Positions 9,684 through 18,375 of a stretch of DNA of 64,000 nt are shown piece after piece. Each line of letters opens with the position of its first letter. Position 1 is the first letter of the stretch. Source of the stretch: an uncultured bacterium (GTDB taxonomy: Bacteria > Chloroflexota > UBA5177 > JANWHV01); assembly GCA_963729625.1 (NCBI GenBank), contig CAVSOU010000007.1, positions 352,001 through 416,000 on the forward strand, given 5' to 3'. Position numbers and translations under genes: made by a program. Under the pieces are notes generated by a model. That model had not been told where the DNA came from, ran no database searches, and saw only the letters and a program-made list of their open reading frames with translations.

Positions 9684-9852
9684 CTTGGCGCACGGTTTGC
9701 CCAGGCCCGACCCATAAGGACCGCGGCGGGTGCGACGAACGACACAGTCGAGGCGCCGGATCGCCCCTATCCGCGATCTATCGTGGCGCACATGGCCCCC
9801 GGAGCAGCCGGCCGCGCCCGGTGTGCTGTACACCCCATACGAGTAGGGAGGC

Positions 9853-10359
9853 CTACTCTCCCGCCGCTGCTGGAGGTCTACCATTTCCCTGGGTCGGCGA
9901 TGACTGCCGGAGCTCGTCAACTACGGCCGCGACCACGAGAGGCAGTGCAGTTTCTACTCTCGGCGATAGTCCCTGGCCGAACGTGAAGGCGCTTCCCTCG
10001 ACTCCATGGATGATCAAGCGCGCCGGGAGCCGGCCGAGCAATCGCGACAGTTCCACCGCTTCCGCCAGGCCAAATGCGTGGCTCGAACAACGGAAACGCC
10101 CGGGCGGAATCGCCGTCGCGGTTGCGTCCAGCCGCACGAGGGTTCCTGGCTCGCCGTTGCTCCGAATCGCGTCGATCACCACGACGAAGTGCCTGCCGGC
10201 CCAGAGCTCCATCAAGTCGGCGCCCTCTCCGTCCATTTCACACGCGGTGCACAGACCCGCTGCAGCCTCGACTACGAGGCGCGCTGCCAGCGGGCCGAGC
10301 GCGTCGTCGCGACGAAAGACGTTGCCTATGCCGATGACGAGCGGAAGCGTAGAACTCAT
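9853..10359 (-). CDS. Hydrogenase maturation endopeptidase (third copy)
   Basis: VIGIGNVFRRDDALG...VVIDA...SSHAFGL; likely start ATG 10359. Confidence 0.88.
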   Translation of the reverse strand: MSSTLPLVIGIGNVFRRDDALGPLAARLVVEAAAGLCTACEMDGEGADLMELWAGRHFVVVIDAIRSNGEPGTLVRLDATATAIPPGRFRCSSHAFGLAEAVELSRLLGRLPARLIIHGVEGSAFTFGQGLSPRVETALPLVVAAVVDELRQSSPTQGNGRPPAAAGE

Positions 10360-10434
10360 AGTTGTGGCAATCGTATCACCCCACGCGCCCATCTCCAGAT
10401 CCTGACGGAACTGCGTTCGCGGGACCGATCACAT

Positions 10435-10878
10435 CTACTCGCGCAACCGATGGAGAATCCAGGCGACAACCTGTGGCACCGCATCGGAGACAACGGGGGA
10501 AAGCGACTCGCCGAGCGCGAATGATTCGGCCCCGACAGCGCACAGCCACGCGGGTGGGGCGTGCCCGAACAGCGAACGCGCGGATTGCATCAACACCTGT
10601 GGTGTGCAGTGGTGCGTGAAAGCCGGCAACTCCCCGGCGAAAGGTGAGCAGTCGAGCATCGCGCACTGCACGGATCCGGCGGGAAGCTCGGCGCTTGCGT
10701 CGACGAAGATAACGCCGGTAGCACGGCTGATCGGGTCGGCTAGCTCTGGTGTGAGCTGGTTTGTCGCGAGGACATCGACCGTACCCTCATCCGTGTGCTC
10801 GAGCACCTGGTCAACCACTTCCTGGCCGAACCGGTCGTCGGAATGGAGCAGGCTGCCGTATCCGATCACCAACCACAT
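10435..10878 (-). CDS. hoxW: Hydrogenase maturation endopeptidase, HoxW-like
   Basis: LVIGYGSLLHSDDRFG...NQLTPELA...IFVDA...THHCTP; first gene after hoxH; likely start ATG 10878. Confidence 0.75.
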   Translation of the reverse strand: MWLVIGYGSLLHSDDRFGQEVVDQVLEHTDEGTVDVLATNQLTPELADPISRATGVIFVDASAELPAGSVQCAMLDCSPFAGELPAFTHHCTPQVLMQSARSLFGHAPPAWLCAVGAESFALGESLSPVVSDAVPQVVAWILHRLRE

Positions 10879-10931
10879 ATCTGCCCCCGGAACACATGTA
10901 TCGCATGTCAGAGCGCGCCTCCGGATACAGG

Positions 10932-10971
10932 CGCGGCCGGGTACGGGCGTGTGCCCGATCACCCGGCCGCG
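10932..10971 (-). other. Strong intergenic stem-loop after hoxH
   Basis: CGCGGCCGGGT...ACCCGGCCGCG 11-bp arms with an inner CGGGC/GCCCG stem. Confidence 0.6.
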
Positions 10972-11013
10972 ACCGTCAGTGACGCTCCGTGGCGATGCAC
11001 GGTGAATGCAACG

Positions 11014-12426
11014 TCAGCGTCTTAGTTCCTGCACCACCACGCCGTCCGGCGCCACGAGCTGCACCTGCATCGGCATGTGGCCGACGGCATGAGTTGAGCA
11101 GCTCAAGCACGGGTCATACGCTCGAATCACCGCCTCGACACGGTTCAGTATGCCTTCGCTCGCGTGGCCCCCCTTGATATAGTGTTGGGCGACTTGCTTC
11201 ACGCCCGCGTTCATCGCCAGGTTGTTGTGGCCCGTGGCTATGACCAGGTCGACGTAGGTGATCAGGCCGTTATCGTCGATCTTGTAGTGGTGCATGAGCG
11301 TGCCGCGCGGGGCCTCCGACACGCCGATCCCCTCGAGCGAGTTTGGCGCGGCGTAGGCGCGGATATGCTTGCTGAGAATGTCAGGATCTTCCAAGAGCTG
11401 CTGAATCTTCTCGTATGCGTAGAGCAGTTCGATCAGACGCGCGTAATGATAGTTGAACGACGCGCGATGATCGAGCTGCTTGAATATCGCATGCCACTTG
11501 TCGGCACGAGGCGTACCGCACCGGGTAGCAATGTGCAGGCGAGCCAGCGGGCCCACCCGATACATGCCGTCGGGAAAGCCGAGCGGCTTGTAGTACGGCG
11601 ACTTCAGGTAGCTGTGCGGCGTATCGACCTCGCCGATGATGGTCTTGAACTTATGGGGGTCGAGCCGCTCGACCACTGCAACGTTGCGATCGTCGACCAC
11701 TCGGAGCCAGCCGTCATAGGTCTCGAGCTCACCCTCGTCCCCGACCAGAGCAAGATACAGGCCGGGAAAATGGGCGAAGACGGAGATCTCCTCGCGGAAG
11801 CGTTCAAGCTCCGGCGTGAACCATTCCAGTGTGGCCTCGGCCCTGGCGATGGCATCCGGCATCATGGCAAGAATCCTGTCTCGATCCGTGATCGAGAGCT
11901 GCTTGTTGACGCCTCCGGCAACGCACCACCCGGGGTGGATGCGCTTGCCGCCCAAGATCTCGATGATCGTCTGCCCGATCTGCCGCAGCCGAATACCGTC
12001 CTTGGCCAGGTTCGGATGCTTCTGGGCAACACCGACGATGTTTCGAATGGTCGGATCCGCGTCCATGCCCAGAAGCAAGTCGGGCGATGACAGGTAGAAG
12101 AAGCTGAGGGCATGCGACTGGGCAATCTGCGCCAGATTCATGACCCTGCGCAGGTTCGCCGCGGTGGTCGGGATGCTCACGGACAGCAGGTGGTCGCAGG
12201 CCTTTGCCGATGCCATAAGATGGCTCACGGGGCAGATGCCGCAAATACGAGCCATGAGCGACGGCATTTCGTGGAAGGGCCGGCCCTCCGCGAACTTCTC
12301 GAAGCCGCGCAGCTGAGTAACGTGGAACAAGGCGTCCGTCACGTCGCCCGCATCGTCAAGTTGAATCGTGATTTTTGAGTGACCCTCGATTCGCGTTACG
12401 GGGTCGATTACAATCTCTCTGCTCAT
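11014..12426 (-). CDS. hoxH: Group 3d [NiFe]-hydrogenase large subunit HoxH
   Basis: [11 protein letters not shown]1 [11 protein letters not shown]2 [12 protein letters not shown] plus tail; start ATG 12426 with GAGGAGG RBS. Confidence 0.93.
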   Translation of the reverse strand: MSREIVIDPVTRIEGHSKITIQLDDAGDVTDALFHVTQLRGFEKFAEGRPFHEMPSLMARICGICPVSHLMASAKACDHLLSVSIPTTAANLRRVMNLAQIAQSHALSFFYLSSPDLLLGMDADPTIRNIVGVAQKHPNLAKDGIRLRQIGQTIIEILGGKRIHPGWCVAGGVNKQLSITDRDRILAMMPDAIARAEATLEWFTPELERFREEISVFAHFPGLYLALVGDEGELETYDGWLRVVDDRNVAVVERLDPHKFKTIIGEVDTPHSYLKSPYYKPLGFPDGMYRVGPLARLHIATRCGTPRADKWHAIFKQLDHRASFNYHYARLIELLYAYEKIQQLLEDPDILSKHIRAYAAPNSLEGIGVSEAPRGTLMHHYKIDDNGLITYVDLVIATGHNNLAMNAGVKQVAQHYIKGGHASEGILNRVEAVIRAYDPCLSCSTHAVGHMPMQVQLVAPDGVVVQELRR

Positions 12427-12436
12427 CGGTCCCTCC

Positions 12437-12952
12437 TCAGGCCCCGAACCAGGAAAGCGCATTGACGTCTGGCTGGCGGCCTGCCAGGAGGTCCTGAAGG
12501 ACCGCGAAGATGGTGTCGGCGGACGGCGGGCAACCAGGCACGAACACGTCCACCTTCACCGCGGTGTGGACGGGCTGGGCGAACGGCAGCAGCAAGGGAA
12601 CGTGAGTCGGCTGGAAGCCCTTGCTGACACGTTCCATGATGTTCTTCACGCCTACCGGGTTGCGCATCGACGGCACGTTCGCTGTTACCGCGCAGTCGCC
12701 CAGCGAGACCAGCACCTTCGTGCGCTCACGGATCATGCGAATCTTGTGCAGATCCTCCACGCTGCTCACCGCGCCTTCGACGAAGGTAATGTCCACGTCG
12801 TTCGGGAATACTTTGGGATCCACTAGCGGGCTGTACACGATATCGACAAGGCCGACAATGTCGAGCAACCGCTCGTCCATGTCGAGGAACGACATGTGAC
12901 ATCCCGAACATCCGTCGAGCCAGACCGTTGCGAACTTCTTCCGGTCGCTCAT
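12437..12952 (-). CDS. hoxY: Hydrogenase small subunit HoxY
   Basis: WLDGCSGCHMS, GDCA, PGCPP; 171 aa single-cluster small subunit. Confidence 0.93.
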   Translation of the reverse strand: MSDRKKFATVWLDGCSGCHMSFLDMDERLLDIVGLVDIVYSPLVDPKVFPNDVDITFVEGAVSSVEDLHKIRMIRERTKVLVSLGDCAVTANVPSMRNPVGVKNIMERVSKGFQPTHVPLLLPFAQPVHTAVKVDVFVPGCPPSADTIFAVLQDLLAGRQPDVNALSWFGA

Positions 12953-13656
12953 TCTCTCACCCCTCGCATCTCGGCCAGGTACACGAGGAAGTCAGCTTGC
13001 TTGACCTGCTCGCCCGCGGCCATGCCCTTGTGGAACAGTGCCCCTGTTGGACACGCCTGCACGCACTTGCCGCAGCTGGTGCAGGTGGGGGACTCGCCCC
13101 ATGGCTGGCCGAGGTCGGCCATGACCACCGACTCGATACCGCGACCCATCACTTCCCAGGTGCGCGCGCCTTCGACTTCCTCGCATGTGCGAACACAGCG
13201 TGTACAGAGAATGCAGCGATTGGCATCGAAGGCAAACCGCTCATGAGAGGCATCAACGGGGCGCTTGGGGAAGCGATATGGAAGCGTGATGTGGTCGATT
13301 CCCAGTCTGTTCGCCATCGACTGCAGGCTGCAATGGCCGTTTGAGACACACACCGAACAGACGTGGTTCCCTTCCGAGTACAGCATCTCCACGATCACGC
13401 GCCGGTAGTTACTGAGCCGTTCCGACTCGGTCACCACCACCATGCCTTCGTGAACCAGCGTGACGCAGGCCGGCAAGAGCTTGGTCGTGCCTTGAACCTC
13501 GGTTACGCAGAGACGGCAGGCCCCGATATTGGCGATGCCGTTCTTGTGACAGAGCGTGGGTATGTACATGTGGTGAGCGCGAGCGACCTGAAGAATTGTC
13601 TCGTCATCGCGGCCACTCACTTCCTGTCCGTCAATTGTTAGGGTAACGACGCGCAT
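12949..13656 (-). CDS. hoxU: Diaphorase Fe-S subunit HoxU
   Basis: IPTLC...GACRLC...C, H.CSVC....C, RCILCTRC...C, CTSCGKC...CP (NuoG N-terminal-like). Confidence 0.93.
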   Translation of the reverse strand: MRVVTLTIDGQEVSGRDDETILQVARAHHMYIPTLCHKNGIANIGACRLCVTEVQGTTKLLPACVTLVHEGMVVVTESERLSNYRRVIVEMLYSEGNHVCSVCVSNGHCSLQSMANRLGIDHITLPYRFPKRPVDASHERFAFDANRCILCTRCVRTCEEVEGARTWEVMGRGIESVVMADLGQPWGESPTCTSCGKCVQACPTGALFHKGMAAGEQVKQADFLVYLAEMRGVRE

Positions 13657-13662
13657 CAGGGC

Positions 13663-15363
13663 CTACCTTCCGGTCTTTTGGTCGCCGATGGTGCAAACGC
13701 CCGCCGGGCAAGTCTTGTCGACAATGTGCGCCATGTATTCGTCGCGGAAGAAGCGCAGCGTGCTGAGAATCGGGTTCGGGGCGCCCTGGCCCAGGCCGCA
13801 CAGGCTCGTGTTCTTGACCATGTCGGACAGATCCTCGAGCAAGGCGAGATCGTCGAGCGTCGCCTCGAACCTCGAGATCTTCTCCAGCAGCCCGTAGAGT
13901 TGAGCAGTGCCGACGCGGCAAGGAATGCACTTGCCGCATGACTCGCTCATACAGAATTCCATGAAGTACCTGGCGATATCGACCATGCACGAGGTATCGT
14001 CCATGACGATCATGCCACCTGATCCCATGAAGGAGCCAAGCTTGACCAGCGACTCGTAGTCGACAGCCATGTCGAGGTGCTCGGCGGGAATACAGCCGCC
14101 GGCTGGTCCGCCCGTCTGCACCGCCTTGAATTCGTGCCCCTCGGGCACACCGCCCCCGATCTCGAAGATGATTTGGCGGAGGGTCGTGCCCAGTGGCACC
14201 TCTATGAGGCCCGTGTTCTTAATGCGCCCGCTCAATGCGAAGGTCTTTGTGCCTTTGCTCTTCTGCGTGCCGATGGCAGAGAACCAACCCGCTCCCTCGC
14301 GCATGATCGGCACGATGTTCGTATAGGTCTCGACGTTGTTGATCAGCGTCGGAAAGCCCCAGAGACCGGACGCCGCCGGGAAAGGCGGGCGCGGACGAGG
14401 TTGCCCCCGCTTGCCCTCGATGGAAGCGATGAGGGCCGTTTCCTCGCCGCACACAAACGCTCCGGCGCCGAGGCGCACCTCGACTTTGAGGTCGAACTGG
14501 GTGCCGCCGATACCGGACCCAAGCAGGCCGTATCGCTCTGCCAGGCGAATGGCATTCTGGACGCGCTTCACCGCCAGCGGGTATTCAGCGCGCACGTACA
14601 CGTAGCCCTGATCGGCCCCCACCGCGTAGGCGGCAATTGTCATGCCTTCAAGGACCCTGAACGGATAATCCTCCAGCACGCTGCGGTTCATGAACGCGCC
14701 AGGGTCGCCCTCATCGGCGTTGCAGACCACGTACTTGTGTTGGCCCTCCGCCTTCGCGACCGTGCCCCACTTCAAGCCGGTGGGGTAGCCCGCGCCGCCG
14801 CGCCCGCGCAGGCCGCTCTTCATGATCCTCTCGACGACGTCCTCTGGCTGCAACTGCATCAGCGTGTTGAGCAGCGCTGAGTAACCTCCCACGGCAATGT
14901 AGTCTTCGATGCGCTCTGGGTTGAGCAAACCCCGCAACTCCGTTACCACGCGCTTCTGGCCTGTGAAGAACGAAGATTGTGCGTCGCAACGGAGTCTCTC
15001 GACGGGTTTGTCGGACAGACTGTCCACGACGGCTGCGGCATCCTCCGGTGCAACGAGACGGTACATCTCGCCGTCAGGCTGGATGGTTACCAGCGGTGCT
15101 TCGGCGCAGTTACCCTGGCAGCCGCCGGCCGTGACGACGTATTCCTGTCCTAGCCCGCGAGCCTTGACTTCCGCGCTCAAGGCCGCGAGGACCTTGTCGC
15201 TCTGGCATGACTGGCAGGCCGTGCCCATGCACACGAAGACCCGCTTCTTTGCCTCGGCTTGCTTCGCTAGCTCCTGCTCCGCCAGATCCTGCAGTTCCTC
15301 GGTGCTGGTGACAGGTCCGGGCCTTGCCCCTATTCCGCCACCGGCGCGTCTTTCAGTTACCAT
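13663..15363 (-). CDS. hoxF: Diaphorase flavoprotein HoxF
   Basis: Thioredoxin-like [2Fe-2S] N-terminus, GRGGAGYPTG, NADEGDPG, CGEETAL, ESCGKCIPCR...SLCGLG. Confidence 0.93.
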   Translation of the reverse strand: MVTERRAGGGIGARPGPVTSTEELQDLAEQELAKQAEAKKRVFVCMGTACQSCQSDKVLAALSAEVKARGLGQEYVVTAGGCQGNCAEAPLVTIQPDGEMYRLVAPEDAAAVVDSLSDKPVERLRCDAQSSFFTGQKRVVTELRGLLNPERIEDYIAVGGYSALLNTLMQLQPEDVVERIMKSGLRGRGGAGYPTGLKWGTVAKAEGQHKYVVCNADEGDPGAFMNRSVLEDYPFRVLEGMTIAAYAVGADQGYVYVRAEYPLAVKRVQNAIRLAERYGLLGSGIGGTQFDLKVEVRLGAGAFVCGEETALIASIEGKRGQPRPRPPFPAASGLWGFPTLINNVETYTNIVPIMREGAGWFSAIGTQKSKGTKTFALSGRIKNTGLIEVPLGTTLRQIIFEIGGGVPEGHEFKAVQTGGPAGGCIPAEHLDMAVDYESLVKLGSFMGSGGMIVMDDTSCMVDIARYFMEFCMSESCGKCIPCRVGTAQLYGLLEKISRFEATLDDLALLEDLSDMVKNTSLCGLGQGAPNPILSTLRFFRDEYMAHIVDKTCPAGVCTIGDQKTGR

Positions 15364-15877
15364 CGCCCGTCCATTCCGCTAGACGTGCCTTGGCCTGATC
15401 GGGACTCACATTGCCGGACACCTGGCCATCGAAAATCACCGCCGGAGCGATGCCGCAGGCGCCCAGGCAACGCGCCGTGAGCACCGACACCTTCTTGTCC
15501 TCGGTGGTCTCGCCCGGGCTGGCCCCGGTGGCATCCTTGACGGCTGAAATGAGCTTCGGCGCGCCCTTGATGTAGCATGCAGTTCCCATACACACGATGC
15601 AGGTGTGCTCGCCTTCAGGTTTCATCCGGAAGAGGCTGTAGAACGTCGCCACACCGTAGGCTTTGCTCAGGGGGATTCTCAGGCTCCGAGCGACGTAGCG
15701 CAATGTCGGTTCATCCAAATAGCCGAAGGCTTCCTGCGCGCTGTGCAGGGTCTCGATCAGCGCGCTCGCCGCAAACCCGTGGCGCCGCATCGTGGTGCCC
15801 ACGATTCGCCACCTCTTGTCGTCCGATGGAGCCGGAATGAACTTCGGCTCTGCGGGCAGTGCTATCAAACCAGGCAT
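15353..15877 (-). CDS. hoxE: HoxE (NuoE-like [2Fe-2S] subunit)
   Basis: LIETLH.AQEAFGYL, GVATFY, CMGTAC, RCLGACG.AP; likely start ATG 15877. Confidence 0.9.
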   Translation of the reverse strand: MPGLIALPAEPKFIPAPSDDKRWRIVGTTMRRHGFAASALIETLHSAQEAFGYLDEPTLRYVARSLRIPLSKAYGVATFYSLFRMKPEGEHTCIVCMGTACYIKGAPKLISAVKDATGASPGETTEDKKVSVLTARCLGACGIAPAVIFDGQVSGNVSPDQAKARLAEWTGDGN

Positions 15878-16564
15878 TTCCTTTGTCAACCATCCATTTC
15901 CGCACAAACTCAGCCAATAATCCGTGCGAGGGTAATCTGGAGAGGCAAACTGCTGGAATCATTCCAATTCGGAGGCTGCAGGCGTGCGACGACTGCGCTC
16001 CACGGGGTTTACGAGCCGCGTTCCGATGCCGGCTTGTCTTGTCTCTTGCGTCTTACCCTCTGTCGTGCCGTTCGGTCTTCTCCGTCCGACGTCTGGCGCT
16101 TGTCAGTTGCGTGCCATATCCATGGCTCCCCTGTCGGGCCGAGAACCCAATCATGAGTGTAGCCCGGCCGAATGCCCCACGGAATAGGGTCCTTCGGTGA
16201 ACGACGCTGCGCCGAACGTCACTAAGAGAAGATACAACCGGCGTGATGATAGCACGACTAGCGCCTGTCACGCCGGACTCGCCTGACTGGCTCTATAACG
16301 GTTCCCATTCGGACGGCGTTAAGGCGTCGACGAGTCTCAGGGACTCACCTCCAAGGGCCCCCTCTATTTCTCGACGTACGCCCAGGGCAGGTATGATTGA
16401 ATTGAAGCGAGCGGATGCCGACGCCGCGGAGACTGCCCTGAAGTGTAGCCACTGTTCTGGCAGTACGTGACCGCGTGGTTATCCGAGTCCTGGCCCGTTA
16501 CAATGGCTAGTCAGTCACGCGTGGCCTCCGGAGAGTTGCCGCACGCGCACATGTGGAGTCGAAT

Positions 16565-17941
16565 ATGTCAACCGCGCATGACCGAGCGCACTCGCTGCGT
16601 ATTGCGATAATCGGTTCCGGTCCGTCCGGCCTTTACGCTGCCGAAGCGCTTACCCGGCAGCAGGACATCCCGGTGAGCATAGATGTCATCGATCGGCTGC
16701 CCACGCCGTATGGTCTCGTCCGCTATGGAGTTGCTCCCGATCACCAGAAGATAAAGGATGTGACGAAGGCTCTGCAACGTATCCTCGAGCACCCAAGCGT
16801 GCGCTTTCTCGGGAACGTGATGTGTGGGCGTGACCTCACGCACGGCGATCTTCGCCGGTTTTACGACGCGGTGATTTATGCGGTGGGAGCCTCCACGGAT
16901 CGTGCGCTAAACATACCGGGCGAGCATCTGGACGGAAGCGTGTCCGCCACGAAGTTCGTTTCCTGGTACAACAGTCACCCGGACTGGTCGGCGATCTCCA
17001 TGGAAGTGAATGCCAGGGGCGTCGCGGTGATCGGGGTCGGCAACGTTGCGGTTGACGTGGCTCGCGTGCTGGCCAAGACATACGATGAGCTCAGGGCGAC
17101 TGATATTGCACCGTACGCGCTCGACGTGCTCAAAGATAGCCCCGTAACCGACATCTATCTGCTCGGCCGGCGCGGCCCCGTCCAGGCAAAGTTCACTACC
17201 AAGGAGCTAAAAGACCTTGGCCAGCTGGAGGCAGCGGACATCGTGGTACGGCCCGAGGAAGTTGATGTGTCTCCCGACGAACTGGCGGCACTAGCGGACG
17301 GCACCGTGCGGCGCAACATTGAAGTCCTTCGCGAATTCGCATGCCGGCCGCTCAGCGGAAAACCTCGACGCATCCACCTGCGTTTCTTTGTATCACCGAT
17401 CGAGATCGTTGGAGAGGGCAGTGTCGAGGCGCTGCGCATAGAACGAAACCGTCTCGATGAACGGAAACGGGCGATTGGTACCGGAGTCTTCGAGACGTTG
17501 CCGGTGCAGATGGTTCTGCGCTCGGTCGGCTATAAGGGCGAACCTCTATCCGGGGTCCCGTTCGACCACCGATTGGGCGTAATTCCGAACGACGGCAGCC
17601 ATGTGCTTCGACACGGCGAGATCGTTCCGGGAGAATATGTGACCGGTTGGATCAAGAGCGGGCCTGTCGGCGTCATCGGAACGAATAAGCCATTCTCGGC
17701 CGAGACAGTCCGGCAGTTGTTGCTGGACGCTCCGACTCTTCCACGCGCTCCCATGCCCGACCCTGAAGCAGTGACCACGTTGCTGGACGAGCACCACGTG
17801 GCGTACGTCACGATGGAACAGTGGCTCACCCTCGACCGGCACGAGCGGGAGCTCGGTGTAGCCCAGGGACGCGCACGTGTCAAAGTCCACAATGTGGGCT
17901 CGATGCTGGACGTCTCACGCCGCGATGCCGTCACGACCTGA
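16565..17941 (+). CDS. Ferredoxin/adrenodoxin-type NADP+ reductase (FprA-like)
   Basis: GSGPSG, PYGLVRYGVAPDH, GVGNVAVDVAR, GRRG, GWIK.GP.GVIGTNK; GGAG RBS before ATG 16565. Confidence 0.88.
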   Translation: MSTAHDRAHSLRIAIIGSGPSGLYAAEALTRQQDIPVSIDVIDRLPTPYGLVRYGVAPDHQKIKDVTKALQRILEHPSVRFLGNVMCGRDLTHGDLRRFYDAVIYAVGASTDRALNIPGEHLDGSVSATKFVSWYNSHPDWSAISMEVNARGVAVIGVGNVAVDVARVLAKTYDELRATDIAPYALDVLKDSPVTDIYLLGRRGPVQAKFTTKELKDLGQLEAADIVVRPEEVDVSPDELAALADGTVRRNIEVLREFACRPLSGKPRRIHLRFFVSPIEIVGEGSVEALRIERNRLDERKRAIGTGVFETLPVQMVLRSVGYKGEPLSGVPFDHRLGVIPNDGSHVLRHGEIVPGEYVTGWIKSGPVGVIGTNKPFSAETVRQLLLDAPTLPRAPMPDPEAVTTLLDEHHVAYVTMEQWLTLDRHERELGVAQGRARVKVHNVGSMLDVSRRDAVTT

Positions 17942-18150
17942 CCGTTGTGCCACGCCCGCCGCACGGTCTGCGAATAGTCGCGGAGCCTCCGCCTGAAGAG
18001 GGTGGGAGGGTGCTCGATGGATGACTGCGGATGCGGTGATGGCCGCCCCGTCCACGTGCATCCGCAGGCTGCGCGGGACTATTCGCAGACAGCGTAGCGC
18101 TGCGTTCCGCGGTGCTCTCGCACGGTAGGGGGACAAAGTATCGCAGGGTA

Positions 18151-18164
18151 GTGACGTTTGGCCC
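18151..18164. promoter_or_regulatory. Candidate regulator box upstream of nifJ (GTGACGTTTGGCCC)
   Basis: Matches the 14-bp motif seen before hypF, hdrC and hoxE. Confidence 0.35.
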
Positions 18165-18375
18165 ATGTTGACGACCCTTTCTCCCCTGCCTGTGGGGTCC
18201 CCTGCATTTGTACCCTCAATCATGGAGACACCGCGGTTGCAGAGGTCTGGCAGTCGCGGCCGATGATATATCGTCTCTCGGCTTGTTCGCCTGTGTTGAG
18301 CCCCCATTCGAGGCCGGGCATGAAGACGGATGAGGAGAGGCACCACGGGCCAGCGAAGTGACGGAGAAGGAACTA

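Noticed and set aside
2680-15877. Selenocysteine recoding in Hdr/Mvh/Hox subunits
   Set aside because: All frames are open with Cys at the expected ligand positions; no in-frame TGA is needed.
12949-15877. NuoEFG of complex I or an [FeFe]-hydrogenase HydABC
   Set aside because: The genes are followed directly by hoxY/hoxH, the G-like subunit is only 235 aa, and there are no H-cluster motifs or membrane nuo genes.
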